Assembly (NCBI GenBank): GCA_024653775.1
Contig: JANLHZ010000250.1
Span: forward strand, 595-64,594
Direction: 5' to 3'
Length of the DNA: 64,000 nt
Source: Planctomycetota bacterium
GTDB lineage: Bacteria > Planctomycetota > UBA8742 > JACQVU01 > JANLHZ01
In this document: positions 63,136 through 64,000 of the stretch, one piece after another
Numbering within the stretch: position 1 is the first letter of the stretch
Layout: each line of letters begins with the position of its first letter
Notes under the pieces: generated by a model
Told to the model about the DNA's origin: nothing
The model's input: the letters and a program-made list of their open reading frames with translations, nothing else
Databases searched by the model: none
Made by a program: the position numbers and the translations under genes

Positions 63136-64000
63136 GTGAGCGACGTGAAGAATAAGTCCGGGCATCGCGCCGAACTTGCGGATTTCGTGTCCATGCTTCA
63201 GGCGGAAGCCGGACTCGGAAAGCTGACGGTTTCGGCGTACAAAAGCGACGTCGAGCGGTTCCTCGGATTTTTCGAAAAGGCGGGCATAGGCTTAAAGGAC
63301 GCAGCGCAGGACAACGTGCTCGATTTTCTCGCGCACCTGAAATCCAGTGGGATTTCGAACGTTTCCCGCGCGAGGATGCTCGTCAGCGTGCGTTCGTTTT
63401 TCAAGTTTCTGCGCCGGGAGAAATACATCGAAACCGATCCGTCGTATCTCGCGAAGTCGCCGAAGCTGCCGGAGCGGATTCCTGACGCGCTCGATCTCGC
63501 GGAGGTGGAGCGAATGCTGTCGGTGATCCACGATCCGTCCGCGCTCGGACTTCGCAACAAGGCGCTGCTCGAGACGCTTTACGCCACCGGCGCGCGCGCA
63601 AGCGAGGTCTGCGGACTGATAGCGGCAAACCTTCATCTGGACCACAAATTCTTCCAGGTCTTCGGCAAGGGAAACAAGGAGCGCATCGTATTCATAGGCG
63701 ACAAGGCGCGGGACGCGATCGCGGAGTACCTGGAGCACGGCCGGACGAAGCTCGCCGGGAAATTCCCGCGACCGGAGCTGTTTCTCTCGACCCGCGGCAA
63801 CCCTCTCGTCAGGCAGGACGTCTGGCGCATCGTGAAGGATGTCGCGGAAAAAGCCGGAATCAAAAAGCGCGTGTACCCGCACCTGCTTCGCCACTCCTTT
63901 GCTACCCACATGCTCAAAAATGGCGCGGATATCAGAACCTTGCAAACTCTCCTTGGTCATGAGACGATAGCAACCACTCAGGTTTATACGAAAGTGGATG
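63136..64000 (+). CDS. xerD: tyrosine recombinase XerD/XerC, 3-prime end outside the window (not in the ORF track)
   Basis: Own translation: VSDVKNKSGHRAELADFVSMLQAE...LLETLYATGARASEV...FGKGNKERIV...HLLRHSFATHMLKNGADIRTLQTLLGHETIATTQVYTKV. GTG start after GAGG. Confidence 0.9.
   Translation, partial: MSDVKNKSGHRAELADFVSMLQAEAGLGKLTVSAYKSDVERFLGFFEKAGIGLKDAAQDNVLDFLAHLKSSGISNVSRARMLVSVRSFFKFLRREKYIETDPSYLAKSPKLPERIPDALDLAEVERMLSVIHDPSALGLRNKALLETLYATGARASEVCGLIAANLHLDHKFFQVFGKGNKERIVFIGDKARDAIAEYLEHGRTKLAGKFPRPELFLSTRGNPLVRQDVWRIVKDVAEKAGIKKRVYPHLLRHSFATHMLKNGADIRTLQTLLGHETIATTQVYTKVD

Noticed and set aside
63198-63960. Minus-strand ORFs 63198..63560, 63292..63960, 63401..63628 and 63633..63917.
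   Set aside because: The plus strand encodes an unmistakable XerD-type tyrosine recombinase (RHSFATH...LGH...Y motifs). It was missing from the track only because it runs off the window end.

Overview
This 64-kb window comes from a moderately GC-rich, flagellated bacterium with an outer membrane (TonB-dependent receptor, many lipoproteins). The lineage cannot be assigned from sequence alone. About 50 protein-coding genes can be supported. Most long ORFs in the track that lie antisense to them are GC-driven shadow ORFs.

Recognisable content, in order:
- an FHA-centred three-gene operon (515-8898)
- an FMN-dependent glutamate-synthase-like enzyme
- flagellin (15358-17058), and a second divergent flagellin/FlgL-like gene behind a sigma-28-type promoter (49473-50879)
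- PhoD phosphatase and a globin-coupled diguanylate cyclase
- three GT-C/GT39-like membrane proteins with two SAM methyltransferases
- a multi-BsuPI-domain lipoprotein and an SPFH protein
- cysE-cysK and a Crp/Fnr regulator
- an operon of TonB receptor, lipoprotein and surface protein behind a Fur-box-like palindrome
- a hybrid histidine kinase and a CobB sirtuin
- HEAT/VWA proteins, a dihaem cytochrome-like lipoprotein and ComF
- a HepT-MntA toxin-antitoxin pair and an orphan sucD
- a GmrSD-type restriction enzyme fused to an AlbA_2/Schlafen-like domain
- a retropepsin-like protease, a biotinyl carrier protein and a 3-prime-truncated xerD

No rRNA, tRNA or CRISPR array was found.

The most unusual material is intergenic:
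- a ~180-nt hairpin element (3 copies) whose stems covary between copies
- a classical MITE family with 18-bp TIRs and 7-8 bp target duplications (3 copies)
- an in-frame TIR element inside a membrane-protein gene
- a 24-unit heptamer array that fills one intercistronic spacer
- an (AC)9 tract at a gene junction where all three frames are open
- several palindromic REP-like families

A small AT-richer islet also carries an unlisted ribbon-helix-helix gene, a phased heptamer operator array and an unknown 224-aa protein. All domain calls rest on motif recognition by eye. No database search was run.
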